From the NCBI RefSeq assembly GCF_018977255.1, contig NW_024704743.1, positions 52,454,001 through 52,518,000 on the forward strand: 64,000 bases of DNA, in the 5' to 3' direction. Below, one piece after another: positions 1 through 13,548 of this stretch. Origin of the DNA: Callorhinchus milii (taxonomy: Eukaryota). The notes beneath the pieces are model-generated. The model was not told the origin of the DNA. It did no database searches and was given only the letters and a program-made list of their open reading frames with translations. Made by a program: the position numbers and the translations under genes. The number at the start of each line of letters is the position of its first letter. Within the stretch, counting starts at the first letter, position 1.

Positions 1-135
1 CAAATGTGATTTTTATTGAAAAATAATTGTGGTTAAAACTTGAATCGTGCATGTGTGTGCGTATGGTTGTGGACAGGTTTATGCACAGCCTGAGATTTGT
101 GGAAATCACCGATATCACTGTGTTTAGCAATCTGA

Positions 136-318
<183 letters not shown>

Positions 319-664
319 TAGTTAACCCCTTAACTCTGCAGTATTCCATGGGGGAAGGGTATACTGTATTTGAAAATCAATTGAAAACAGATCTTCACAA
401 TGCCCCTATTCCCATTAAATCCAATATCCCAGATGGTCTTTCTGATGTCGTTTGAACAATTCTCATGTATTAATAACAGTAATAACAGTTGGCAATTGCA
501 GAATTCTGAATACTTAAGAATTATCTACAGCAAATGTTCTTGTAGTGCTGCAGCCAGACAGTGTGAATGTAATTGTAACTGTTGTGGGTCTATCACAGGA
601 ATTTTGAAACACAGTGCACATTTTTTTATTGAATTTGGTGAATCATTAAATCAATTGTCAACGT

Positions 665-900
665 GTCGCAGCTAGTAGCACTCTGACCTCTGAGTCAGAA
701 GGTTGTGGGTTCAAGCCCCAAGCTGGCACTTGGAACTCACAGTCTCAGATGGAGATGCATTATGTCAGAGAAGATGTCCTTCAGATGAGACATAAAACTA
801 AGGTCCTGTCTACCTGTTCAGGTGGACCTTTAAGATCCCTGCCACTATTCGAAAAGAAAAGGGAGTTTCTCCCAGTGCCCTGACCAACAATCACCATGGA
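665..900 (+). mobile_element. Older tRNA-derived SINE (family B, SacSINE1/AmnSINE1-like)
   Basis: tagcactct..ctctgagtcagaaggttgtgggttcaagcccc...gatgagac.taaa...ttcaggtggac...gatccc. Recurs at ~30617-31230, 32640-33010 (-), 33985-34150, 35065-35310, 41850-42170 and 60450-60630 (-). Confidence 0.7.
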
Positions 901-1611
901 TAAAATGATGATTGTGAATTCACTATAATAAGAGGCAGTACCTGTTTAAAACATTCCTACAGGTTTCTCTGCGGATTGACTTTCCTCAGCCATTGTATTC
1001 CTCCGTACATTGTTTCAAATACACTCCAAGTTACACTCAAATGCCTGCTATCACACAGCTTGATGCACTACTTCTGTACTATAAATGCAATAAGGGAGAC
1101 TATATTCATTTACTGCAGTCATGTGACAGTAGGAAATAGTATCCTTAAAGCTATCAGATTGTGAAATGGACGAGTGGATGGAGGAAGGGTGGATGTTAAA
1201 GGGTATAGAGAAAAGATGGGCAAATGGGATTAAAAGATCTCAATGAGCTAAACGGCATCCTCCTGTTTCTATGATGGAATAAACAGCTAATTTTTTTCCA
1301 AACACATTGTTTTAGGCCATTTTGATAAACTTTGGAGCGTGGTGTCCCTTCTATAAAGGGAAAAATATTATATTTAGTTTCTCTCTATATACACACACAC
1401 AGTGGTGTTATACTTGTGCATTGTTTCCTAAGGGACTTATTGATGTTTTTGTCCATTCATTACCCCCTAAATTGGGATCAGCTTCTATCTGTACCTTTTT
1501 CTGTCATTTTAAACTTTAATTGAAAATTGTTCATGTATGATGTTCCAGTGTAAAAATAACAAGACAAAGCTGCACTGTATTTCTTCTATGTTATCTGCTC
1601 TCTTGCTTTAG

Positions 1612-1843
1612 GTGTCGGCTTCACAGTTATCCTTATCTCACTATATGTTGGATTCTACTACAATGTAATTATCGCCTGGGCTCTCTACTATCTGTTCTCA
1701 TCCTTCACCATGGAACTGCCCTGGATCCACTGTAACAACAGTTGGAACAGCCCCAACTGCTCTGACTTCACCAACATGACCAAGCAGAACTCACCCACAA
1801 AATATTACCAGTATAAAAACAATCCTGCAGCTGAATACTATGA
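1612..1843 (+). CDS. SLC6A3: SLC6A3 exon (exon 4 eq., TM3/EL2)
   Basis: tag|GTGTC...TATGA|gtaagt; [52 protein letters not shown]...PAAEYYE. Confidence 0.95.
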
Positions 1844-4118
1844 GTAAGTAGTAGTCTGATCACAGCCTTTCTTGTTATTAGATTCTGTTCTTCATAGGTT
1901 TGCTTTTGATTAAAGGTGAATAATCCTTTATTATGGTATCACAGGTTACCATTGATTACCGAGAAATTTGGATGAGGTATGCAGATGTATGCCTAACCAG
2001 GGTGAGGTAATTAAAAAGTGACAAAATTAAGTAGTTTTTCTCACTGATCTGACTATTTAACACTGGTAACATTGATATTTAATACTTAAACTAGATTGCC
2101 AGCATGTCAAGGGGAGTTCTTGTTTCTCTTCGTATAATCCATTTTATAACAATAATTCCCCTTACGCACTGTGATACATTGCTATAATTAAAAAGATCCT
2201 CAAGCGTCAGGCTTTAGCCATATGAAGTTAAAATAAAAACTTGCAACACAATCTCGAAGAAAAAGGTTCCCAAATATGTTATTCGGCAAATCCTTTACTG
2301 TTCATTGTAAAGACAGAAAGTTTGTCAAAACTGATGGTTAACCGATTAGTTCCAATTCAAGTTATTCCTTTTGCTAAATGAAAAGTGCTTTAAATATTTT
2401 ATATATTTCCATTCAATAACATCAACACAAACTATTTTATTCACTTGCAATTTGTCACGTCAATCAGAAAGCTCTCCATGAATTGTCAGGGGAAGGCTTA
2501 CTGCTCATCCCTTAAATTCTGTCAGGAAAATTGATTTTAATAACAGTTCGGTACTGAGCAATGTGCGTTTACCTGATTTTTAAGATTGACCTCTGTTTCA
2601 CCTTTCAATTCGACTTCTTGCAATCACACTGTATTTGAAGTGAGCTGCTAATCCTTGTTCTTCCACTTAATATGGTTTCACTCTGTGGTTCTCATTTAAA
2701 TAATCCAAGTTGTTCGGATCTGGATGCATTGCCTGAAAGAGTGGTGGAAGCCAATTTGATAACAACTTTAAGAGAGAAGTAGATAATTATTTAAGGAGGA
2801 CAAGTTTGCAGGACTATAGGGAGAGAGCAGGAGAGTGGGATTGATTTGGATAGCTCTTTTCAAAGAGCCGGCACAAGCAGGATGGGCCGAATGGCCTCCT
2901 TCTGTGCTGTATAATTCTATGATTCCATGATTCTAATAACATTGTAACCTGTAACATTGTAACCACTCATCCTAACCAACTAGTTAGCCTAACTGAACTG
3001 TTTGCATGCTTTGCTTACATTGCACTGTATATTTGTTCCCATACTGAATTAATATCATTTAACACAGACAATGATTAGAATTAACATCTGATCAGTTACC
3101 TGAATTATTTACTTCTCTGAACAGCACCACTCTCAACCTGTTCAAATAAATTATACACGACTATAGATTAGAACAGCTATGATAATTGGTGGTATTACAT
3201 GACCAGATTTCTTAAACAAGAATCCAGTTAGAACATCCGTCCACCCACAGGAGCTTTACTCCAGAAGTAAATTGTGTTGGAGTAGAGAAGCAGCATGACA
3301 CACTTCCACTTCCCTGATAAATCTCCATTTTCAATGACAACAACAACATCTTGCATTTATATAGCGCCCCTCATGCAGGGCAGAGTCCCAGAGTGCTTGA
3401 CAATGGCGGAGAATGACACCGAGCCGGGGGGGAGGGGGAGGTGATTGTAGGCACAGTCGAAGAAAAAAGGTATTCAGGCATGACCTGAAGATGGGGAAGG
3501 AGGGGGCAAGGCAGAGAGAAAGAAGAAAAGTGTCCCAGAGTTTCTGGGTGTAGTGGCTGAAAGCGCAGCCAATGGTGCAATGGAGGGCGCAAGGGACATG
3601 CAGGAGTTTGGAGCAGTTGAGCAGAGGCAGTGGGTAGTGGGGTAAGCAAATCCATTACTTTTCATTACTCAGATTCCTTATTAAGGAATTCTATTATGAA
3701 ATAACACAAATTAGACACCTTTGTAACAAACTAATCCATTCAGACCTGTTGCTTGATCAGTAAAATAGAAATAGGCTGGAAAAATATTTATGATGGCTTA
3801 CAGTGACACTGGCTGATTGATTACAGAGGGTAACTATCAAACATTGTACATAATGCTAGAGCAGCAAACACTCAGACCTCCTTTGCTGCAGTGTCATAAG
3901 CCCTGACCACGTTTGAGCGAAGTTACAAAGCCAGATTTGTTTTACAACAATATAATAATATTATAATAATAACAATCCTTGCATTTGATATAGCACATTA
4001 TCACATCATTGAGATATCTCAAAGCACTTCACAGAATATAATGGATTGATTGTGTATTTTGTGGGTGAAATGCCACAGCATTAGTACACATTATAAGTAC
4101 CTTTTTCCCCCCAAACAG

Positions 4119-4257
4119 GCGTGGGGTTCTTCACCTTCATGAAAGCACGGGAATCCATGACATCGGCCTGCCCAGATGGCAGCTCACCTCCTGCTTATTG
4201 GTTGTGATCATTATCCTTTACTTCAGTTTGTGGAAAGGAGTCAGAACATCTGGCAAG
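4119..4257 (+). CDS. SLC6A3: SLC6A3 exon (exon 5 eq.)
   Basis: cag|GCGT...GGCAAG|gtgaac; [46 protein letters not shown]. Confidence 0.95.
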
Positions 4258-5324
4258 GTGAACATTGTTAGATTCTAGGGCATCAATGAGTTTTACTTTC
4301 TGGACTTCAGTTCATACTTTCCCAGCTTTCAATGAAAAAAATGAGATTATTTTTTAGAAATACTGCAAACTAGATTGTTTTCACTATTCACAATTGGAAG
4401 TTAACACAACTCCAGTTAATGCATTGCAAACATGGCAGGTTAAACACTATGGTTTAGTGAAATCAAAGTTGACAAGTCTGAGAAGTTGGAATGTGCACTC
4501 TCAGGTGAGGTAGAGGTACAGCATGAATCAGAGTGAACCTCCTTCTACTCACCCTCAGCTGCAGAAAAGCATTCCCTGTTATATAAACCACAAGAGTAGA
4601 GAAGAGACTTCCATCTCATCCGGCTGGGATCCATGCACCAAAGCTCCCAAGAGGTGTATTTAAGACTGTTTCTAAACTGCCCGCCTTTCTGAAAGGTTAT
4701 ACACTTCTGCCACGTGTTAACAATTCGTTTGACCTTTTTGAGTATGAGTAAACTATCAGTGTTATGGAGAGTATAATTAGCAACCAGATCTCTACAATAC
4801 ACTGAAGACTGACTCTGATGGTCCAGTGGGTGGAGCCACAACCTGTTGTAGCAGTAGAACCATACAGACCGGACCACAAGTCTGTGCAACAAGTTTAACT
4901 GATCTTGTGCATGTCAATGTGGTGCTACAATTGGGTCAAGCCCTTATGTCTAGAGGGAGAAAACAAAATCAGGCCCGTGACCTTCTCCCAATTGCTATCT
5001 AGTGACCCCAGCTGAAACTGCCATATTCATTGTAATATTCAACCCTGTCAAATAACCTGCCAATCCTCACTGTCTGGCTAATGCATGAAGAATGGCTCCT
5101 TGGGCCAGGTAGTGGAGAGTGACTAATACTGTGGAATGGTGTCCAAGGAATTATTGTCTTTGACATAGTTTGTGCTCAGTAATGGAGACGGATAATTTAA
5201 GAGATCATTATTTGAATAATTTAAATTTTAATAAAGATAAGTTTTTTTTACAAAATACTGCCGGTAACAAGAAATTGCCCTATTTCATAAATATTATGTG
5301 ATATTGTATCCTGCCACATAACAG

Positions 5325-5459
5325 GTTGTCTGGATTACTGCGACTATGCCATATGTGGTTCTTACCATTCTACTGCTTCGTGGAGTCACTCTGCCTGGGG
5401 CCATAGATGGAATCAAAGCATATCTAAGTGTTGACTTCTTACAGCTTAGTAAACCCTCA
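5325..5459 (+). CDS. SLC6A3: SLC6A3 exon (exon 6 eq.)
   Basis: cag|GTTGTC...CCCTCA|gtaagt; [45 protein letters not shown]. Confidence 0.95.
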
Positions 5460-6274
5460 GTAAGTCTTTAAAGATCAGAATGTAAGTACGTCTGTTTTGG
5501 ACAACTACAATTTTTCTCTCTAAAAAAGTAAGTGGGTAAATCATTTATTCTGCATGTAATATTAAACATAGACATGGTATTTGCAATTAATTACATAATT
5601 TTGTTTATCATATCTTTTGTGCACTTGGACATTTAGTAGAAACTGAGTATCAGAAAATGACAGAATAGAAGGCAGCCATTGTACCCATCAATTCTCTACC
5701 AGTAGCAGATCCTCCTTAGGAGTTAAACACTCATTTGATGAATTAATAAAATCGGGCGATTGACTTGGGGAAGAAATTGACATCACCCTGAAAGAAGCAA
5801 GAGAGAAATGTTCTGAAGGAAACAAACAAAATTACTTTAAAATATTATTGAGCATGTGCCTTTAAATATCATTAAGTCAAAATGTTTAGTGCCTTTAACA
5901 CCAGCAGTTGAACTCTCCCAAGTGTCTGATGCAAATTCTCTGAAGTTTATATTATTCATAAGTAAATCAGAGGAAGGTTCTTCCAAAAATATATGATGAA
6001 AACAACCCAAGAAAATAATTAATCTCACTTGAGCTCTCCACACCACATTCACCCAAACACAGGACATGTTCCTTTACAGCTCAGTGAGATCCCCTGTTAT
6101 TGGTATTATTGGTAGAGAGCTGATTATCTGCACTTATTGGGACCTGGGCTCTTTGTCGATACACAGACAGTGCGGATAATCGGACATCACCAAAATACAA
6201 ATTGCTATATTGTTAACTAAAACTTATTCAATCAGGAGAAATGCTGTCACTGTAGAACCACACTTTGTAAGCGC

Positions 6275-6500
6275 ATTTCTCTCTCAGTTCCTGACTGACT
6301 CTCTGTCTCTGTTTTTTTTCACCTGCCTTTTTCTTTCTCTGAGTGGCTCTCTTTCACTCTGTTTCTCTCTTTGTCTGACTGTCAATCCCTTTCAACTCTT
6401 CTCTATCTTTGTGTCTCGCTCTGTATTTGTCTCTCTGTCTCCCCAAGAGTCTTACTAATGTTCAGATTCTCTTTCTCTACCTCTATAATATCTCATTCTC
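6275..6500. repeat. Degenerate CT-rich simple repeat in SLC6A3 intron 6
   Basis: Visible (CT/TC)n-like pyrimidine tract. Confidence 0.6.
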
Positions 6501-7764
6501 TAAACCTAAATATCAGTGTAACATTTCTAAAGATTTACCTGTGTTACCTTCGTTACACACAGGTTGCTGACTTGGTTTCTGATGATGTCCCATAGATATC
6601 AGCAATGTGTATGTGACAAGTTACACACAAGTTTGTGAGCACAGGTCAGGGTGTGCTTGGAAACCAAGGTGGCAACCTCAAAAGTAGCCATTTTTTTCAG
6701 TACATCACCAGCCGTATCCAACTCCTACATAGGCAGCCTTTGCAGTTAAACAAACATATGGTTAATTGGCATTTAGTTATGCAGTGTTTTACTGTATTCT
6801 AGACCAATTATCAATCATTGGCAGAAACAGGCTGTCTCAAAAAAATTGCTACAAAGCCTGAACTGAGCTTAAGTTATTTTCCTGGTCCCTATTAATGCTT
6901 ATCCATATATTCGATAAGACTTCTGTTATGTCAAGAATTATATTAAGAGTCCCGCACTGGGAAATTTGTTGGGTAGTATTTTATTGTAAATTATTTAACA
7001 TCAGATGAATCCATTTATGTGTATTTATATGTGACCCAGTAAATACATTGAAAAGCCAATAAAAGCATTGACAGATTCTTCATTACATACATAAAATTGT
7101 GTTAAAATTAAAATGACTAGTGATACAATTTTTTTTACAAAATGTTCAGATTGTGGCTCTTGTGTCAGTTTTGTCACAGTTACAGTAGCTGAACAATTTA
7201 TTTTGTGAAAAGAATCATTAGCAGAATAGTAACACAAAGACAGGCTGAAATGCTGTACTATATTTAGCTAAACACTATTGCTGTCTCATATACATACCTG
7301 AGAAAGGTGATCTGTCTCTTTGAACAGTTTATTCTAGTGAGAAATTGGACACAGATTCAGCTTCTTGTAAAGCAGGACTTTATATGACAGAATTATTTTA
7401 TAAATTTCAATAATGTTGATCAATATCGTCCGCACAAACCTCCCAACTGCTTCATAGATCTATTGAATGGCTGCCACAATATATTACGCAGCGTTCGAGT
7501 TCAACTTTTCTCTCACTCCAACATGGTAAAGTTTTACAAAGATATATGTACAAAAGCTATCAATTTATACATCATTTTCCTGTTTGCAGATGACTAAACA
7601 GAGAACAGTCACCCACAGAGTAGGCTGTACAGATGCACACAACAACAAATTGCAAAATTGCCCTTATTTTAATATTCTTTCATCTCTATGCTGAATAGGT
7701 TCCTGCAATTATCTCTAATAGCAGCTCTTTTTCTCTCCATTGTATATCTGTGTTTTGTTCTCAG

Positions 7765-7868
7765 GTCTGGATAGATGCAGCCACACAAATATGTTTCTCA
7801 CTTGGAGTGGGTTTTGGTGTCCTAATAGCCTTTGCAAGTTATAACAAATTTAATAATAATTGCTACAG
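7765..7868 (+). CDS. SLC6A3: SLC6A3 exon (exon 7 eq., TM6)
   Basis: cag|GTCTGG...TACAG|gtaagc; [35 protein letters not shown]. Confidence 0.95.
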
Positions 7869-8846
7869 GTAAGCTATGCTGTGAGTTTAAATTCTGATTT
7901 GAGATGATTCTAATAGCGCTCGGAGTTCCCAGAAAGCTGCTTTAGTGGACTGGGTTATTATTAAACCCACCTGGGTTATTCTCTTGCCCTCCATTGACAG
8001 CCGAACAGAGCCTTTCTTTGCTAAAGTGTGCACTTGGGGTATTTTGTTTTTGTCCATCATTGAATGTGGATCAGGTGTTAAACAAGAATAGTATGACAGG
8101 ATGAAATACATCAAGGCAAAGTAGGCTATTTTTTTCCCAAGGAGATTAAAGATTGGGAGGAGATTGTAAAGAGAAATTAGTATTGAAAAGCCGATAAAAG
8201 CATTACATATATTAAAATTGTCTTAAAATTACGATTATTTAACAAAATAAGCACTCTGAGACGCCATCCGGCATGAAGGACACTATATAAATGCAAGTTG
8301 TTTTGTTGTTGTATTTGACTGACTGCCAGTGAATTATTTCATGCATGCTTCACAACAATAACAATTAGAACCAAATAATTGGAGAGAAAAAGGATGGTAA
8401 ATGGAGTACAAAATGGGCATAAAACTTGAACTCAAATCAAGCCTTTCTAAACTTTATGGGGAAATCAATTAAGCAGAGAAAATTCTGATCTTTAACCCTC
8501 AAGCTCTGATTTGCTCTGGATTTTTACAAAAAACTGTTAAGTCCCACTTACATTTACATGTCTGCAGATGTTTGCTGGTTTGACCTGCACACATTTGGTG
8601 TCTTATTTCTATTTATTTTAGTATATTTTATAAAAAGGGTGATTTTTTTCAGGAGCTCAACTGTTCCCAGTGTTGATGGCCCTGCATGACCGCACATCTT
8701 TGTGGAGTGTTTCCAAATATGTTTCAAAGAGTTCACATCGGGCTAAAAAATAAGCAAAGCCCAAGCTGAAGCTCATAAGTCCCTGGCTTATATACATTTC
8801 ACAACCGTCCCTTTTAAATGTGTGTGACGCTGTGTGTTGTTTTCAG

Positions 8847-8971
8847 GGATGCCATCATTACAAGTTCTGTCAACTCGGTGACCAGTTTTTTCTCTGGCTT
8901 TGTCGTCTTCTCTTTCTTGGGTTACATGTCAAATCGTCACGGCGTAGCATTGGAGGATGTAGCCACTGGAG
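8847..8971 (+). CDS. SLC6A3: SLC6A3 exon (exon 8 eq., TM7)
   Basis: cag|GGAT...GGAG|gtaagt; [41 protein letters not shown]. Confidence 0.95.
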
Positions 8972-9324
8972 GTAAGTTACCTGAAGTCCTCATTGTACAT
9001 AGCCCTTCACCTCATCACACCAATGATCAGATACTTATTTGTTTAACGTAGCCTTCCTCTAAAGACAGTATCCCGGTCAACAGTCCTCAAAGAAATTGTT
9101 TTTTACTTACATGATTGTTTGTGGGATTTTGCTGTGCCTAAAATAACTTACCATATTTCCCTTTGAAAACCGAAAACAGTCACAACAAATTACAGTATTT
9201 TCTGTGAGGCGCATTGAGATGTTTCCTCGGTATCGTAAGTGCAACAAAATGAACGTTCTTTCAAAAAGGATAGTATGAAAAGGCACTATACATCTCACAG
9301 TTCCCCCAAAAAAAATATTGTCTT

Positions 9325-9570
9325 GAAATAATAATAATGGTCCTTGCATTTGAGAGAGCGCCTTTTCATGTGGTTGAGATGTCTCAAAGCGTTTCACAGA
9401 ATATATTGTAAAGTGGATTGCCTGTGCATTTTGTGGGCGAAACACGACAGCCAATTGATCACACCAGTGTCCCACAAACAGTTGTGGATGACTGACTTTT
9501 TATTACCCCCGGAAAGCGATCCGCCAATCGACTAAAGAAACTTGCCTAAGGTTTTGCCCCGCAACGGAAT
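9325..9570 (-). mobile_element. Diverged family A SINE fragment in SLC6A3 intron 8
   Basis: Tail and core match family A. Other fragments at ~3955-4085, 9925-10032, 23588-23680, 25310-25479, 27768-27850, 33070-33168, 55650-55810 and 60955-61135. Confidence 0.75.
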
Positions 9571-9631
9571 GTGATTAAATGTAAATGAAAATGTAATTAA
9601 AGCACTGACAATCTACGGTTTACACTTACAG

Positions 9632-9744
9632 AAGCAGGATTGGTCTTCATCATTTACCCAGAAGCTATTGCTACTCTTCCTGGATCGTCGATTTGGTCAG
9701 TCATCTTCTTCATCATGCTCCTGACACTGGGGCTTGACAGTGCG
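9632..9744 (+). CDS. SLC6A3: SLC6A3 exon (exon 9 eq., TM8)
   Basis: cag|AAGCAGGA...GTGCG|gtgagt; [39 protein letters not shown] second in-frame AG lies 6 nt downstream. Confidence 0.92.
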
Positions 9745-10769
9745 GTGAGTGCATCGAATGTTACACGCTGCGATAAAGAAATCAAACCTCTAATCCGTAG
9801 TACTGATGCCATTTTGCTACGATTCCTTTGAAAAAATTATTAAACTCTTGCCGGAGGTGTCTGATTCAGTCCTATGTCACCGACATCGCTTTGTTGGTGA
9901 TAACCTGACTCTGGTGACTGCTCTAGCCCACAGAATATACAGTCAATTCACTTTACAGTAAAATCTGTGAAGTGTGAGACGGCTCGAAGATGTGATAAGG
10001 CGCTATGTCAAATGCAAGGATTATTATTATTACCTAGGAGAATGTATCACCAGAACAACATTCTCTCTGGGACCACCAAAACAAAACAACTGAGAAACTA
10101 TGAGGTTGCTGAGGTCCTTTGCAGATGTCCCAATCCAAGCTTCGGGCAATGTGGCCACACCATACTTATATTGTGGGCCTGCGTGTCACATCCCAATGCA
10201 TTTATTATTACAGTGTGTAGTAGCTGTTACTTAGTTGTTGAAACTATGTTGAATCTACTTAACAGGGATATCAAGTACAGACAATTCCTGATAACTCGAC
10301 CCTGTCTTAACTTGCCAGTACTGCTTCAGTCATCAAGTTGTCAATATCCTAAATGCATTTATTTATGTATTTATATACGTCCCTGATTCACCACTCCTGA
10401 TTAACACGCCTTTAAGCTTTTTTCCATTGGAACACCGAGTTATCAGTAGTTTACTATATAAGATTTCAGTGAAGATGTGACTTTGGCCCAATTCACCTTT
10501 TTTGGATGTCAGTTTATTTGTTCCTTTAGGAATATAGAATAATGGGAGAGGAGATTAGGAGGGTGGAGGCTTGTGTGGACTATAAACACAGGCATGGATT
10601 AGCTGGGCCGAACGGTCTGTTTCTGTGTTGTTATAGAATGTGTAATTCTCAATAAATAGTAGGACATTGTGCATTTCCTTTATGTGTTAAATTTGTTAAA
10701 TGCCTCTGGTATTGTAGCGAGTCATAAGCATTCTTGCTTTCCAAATGCCTCTTTTTCCTCTACCCACAG

Positions 10770-10898
10770 ATGGGTGGCATGGAATCAGTTATTACTGGAC
10801 TCATGGATGAATTCAAATTCCTGCGAAATCACAGAGAGATCTTCACACTCTTCATCATTGTTACGACCTTTCTGGTATCTCTCTTCTGCGTAACCAAT
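10770..10898 (+). CDS. SLC6A3: SLC6A3 exon (exon 10 eq.)
   Basis: cag|ATGGGT...ACCAAT|gtaagt; [43 protein letters not shown]. Confidence 0.95.
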
Positions 10899-12147
10899 GT
10901 AAGTCACTGGTACAGTGTACTCTAATAATGAAACAATTATGTTATTCTGCAGATATCCCATTGTCTAGATCTTTAATGCCGGGGTGTATATTTCAGAACA
11001 AGAGTTTAGTGTACTTTCTTGAACCATTTTTGTTATCATATTCTACAAATGCAGATGATGGTGATAGCTACAGCAAGCACTGCAATAAACCAAAAAATTA
11101 CAACCTCGTTTAGCTTGGTTTACAAGCTAATTTTCAGTGCAGCGACTAATTTGAGTAGATAGTACCTCTTGCAGCTCATTAAGAAATTTAGTATAGGTTC
11201 TATTATAAATGTAATTTGTTGTTGTACACAGTTTGGTTTTAATTCACACTTCGTTCCTATACTGAGGGCTCTGGCACGAGTGAGATTCATAAGTCAACAC
11301 TGTCTCACTCACATCCATAGGGATATTCTGCTTATAGGTAGTGGAGCTTTTAAGAAAACCAGAGCACTCAGTGTGTGCAGCCTGTTTCATATAACACAAA
11401 TAACACCAACCTACTCATTAAAGTAATGGGGAAGGGGAAGGTCAGGGTTAAACTTATGTCTGTAAGAAGTTAGAATGGTATCAATAAATGTCACAATAGC
11501 TATCAGATAGAGACAGTGGGTTATGGGTAGATTTGCCCTGCTCAGTGCTCTGAAATGCTACCGCACGCAAAGGGCACTATATAAATGTAAGTTATTGTTG
11601 TTATTGCTCACGATGTCAAATGAACTCTACGCACAATATTTGCTACCAAGGCAACTCACACTTCAGAATCTAGTTTGTGATATTTCTTAATTCCCTAGAA
11701 TCTCATTAGATTCCAGAGCAGCCACACAGGATCTCCTTCAGAATTAGATTGTATTGGCGTTGGGCCACTCCAGTGTGATTTAATCACAGTTACCAGGAAG
11801 AGTTTGGAATGGCTTGATTAAGCAATCCAATTAAAAAATGCAACACTTTAGACCCCAATATTTCTAAAGTATGAATCAGAGCAAGAAGAGATCGCCGAGA
11901 GATACCACTAAATACATAAATATTTCTCATTGTAACATGTAAGATTATGGGACAGTTCAGTAGAATGTACTTCTGTTTGAAGATTAATTCATTCTCAAAA
12001 GTGTGAAAAATGTGAAAAGCTGGGTGAATTGTAAATTGTTGTGACACCTAACCTGAGAGTACAACTCATAGGAATCTCATAATTGTATATCTCTAATTAA
12101 GACACACGATGTCCTTTCTGCTACCAACTCTCTTGTCTTCTTTCCAG

Positions 12148-12247
12148 GGAGGTATTTACGTATTCACTTTACTGGACAAATTTGCAGCTGAGACATCCAT
12201 TTTGTTTGGAGTACTTATAGAAACTATTGGAGTCTCTTGGTTTTACG
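12148..12247 (+). CDS. SLC6A3: SLC6A3 exon (exon 11 eq., TM10)
   Basis: cag|GGAGGT...TACG|gtaaga; [33 protein letters not shown]. Confidence 0.95.
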
Positions 12248-12769
12248 GTAAGAAAACACATGGATTCCTGCCTGAAATTCTCTTTAATCTAGACATAAGA
12301 AAATCCTGTTAATTATACTTCATGTTTTATAAAACAAGCAATACAGAGAAGGAGAGAATGACTGTGGTTTATTGGCTATCTGTCATCCTCTACCTCTAAT
12401 GCAGGGCTAATCAAAGATTACACTCAAAAGCCATCATGTAGAATGGAAAGCAGGGTGCTCAAAGTACAGGGCATGGAATAGTGGTCAAGGTTTTGTGTGT
12501 ATATATTCACAAAAAAATTGCATCTGATCTCAGCAATTTTTTCACGAAGGTAATGTGAAGAGGAGAGCAATTCAAAACCACTCTCGCACAATCGCTTATG
12601 GATGTCAAGGGTGCCATTAACTGAGGGAATGTCACAATTTGATGAAAACTGTTACTGCTGATGCTTTTATGACCTGTTCTTATAATAAAGGTTATATTTT
12701 AACCACAAAGGTTAAAATGCAGAGAAAAATCCAATACATGTGAAAATAATTCTAGTTAATTATTAAATA

Positions 12770-13046
12770 GTAAGAGACCTGAGTTCAAGTCCAGGCAGGG
12801 CGAAACCTTGGGCAAGTTTCCTTACTCCACATGCCTAATAATAATCCCTCCAAAACCCAAAACAATAATAAAAATTGGTCATTTTCAATCTATGACTGTC
12901 TGTGGGACATTGCTGTGCGCAATTGGCTGCCGCGTTTGCCCACAAATATAGTCAATTCACTTTACAGTGTGTTCTGTGAAGCGCTTTGGGACGTCCTCCG
13001 ACGTGAAAAGCGCTATATTAAATGCAAGGATTATTATTATTATTAT
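12770..13046 (+). mobile_element. Young tRNA-derived Deu-type SINE (family A), 5'-truncated
   Basis: B-box remnant, core GTGGGACATTGCTGTGCGCAATTGGCTGCCGCG, L2-like 3' end and (TTA)n tail. Confidence 0.85.
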
Positions 13047-13548
13047 AAATAATATTCACTGGATACTCTGTTCATTATGGAAATTGCTCTTCTACCAACA
13101 CACATAAACCAGCAGCAACTGAGCAGCCTCATATTTTGATACTTTGCCTCCCTAGTTTATAATCTATGAGACACAGGGTCATGTGTGTAGTATTTGCTGT
13201 TCTATTTCAGGATGGATGTTAGAACGTGTACCTGTTGACCATGGATTCATTTGAAAAACGAGCACAATACAGAATACTGCACCTTTAGCACCCATCATGT
13301 TCAGCGTTTGCCATCGGAAGCTATGGTCACTCACAATCCAGGAATACCAGTTTCCATGCTGTAATATTGATTGACCATCTACAGTGACCCAGATTATTTA
13401 CGCTTGCAAAGTGAAGTGAGCTGCGGTTGTCTGGCTAATCGTAGCTCTTTCTCTCTTGATGCACGATATGAAAACTGAGCTAAAATTGATTCAAAGGAAA
13501 ATAGGTCTGGTCTTTTACATGTCATGTTGATCATGAGTTCCTTTTCAG

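Noticed and set aside
12831..13052. Recurrent small ORFs containing WSFSIYDCLWDIAVRNWLPR
   Set aside because: These are translations of the same SINE family, not a gene family.
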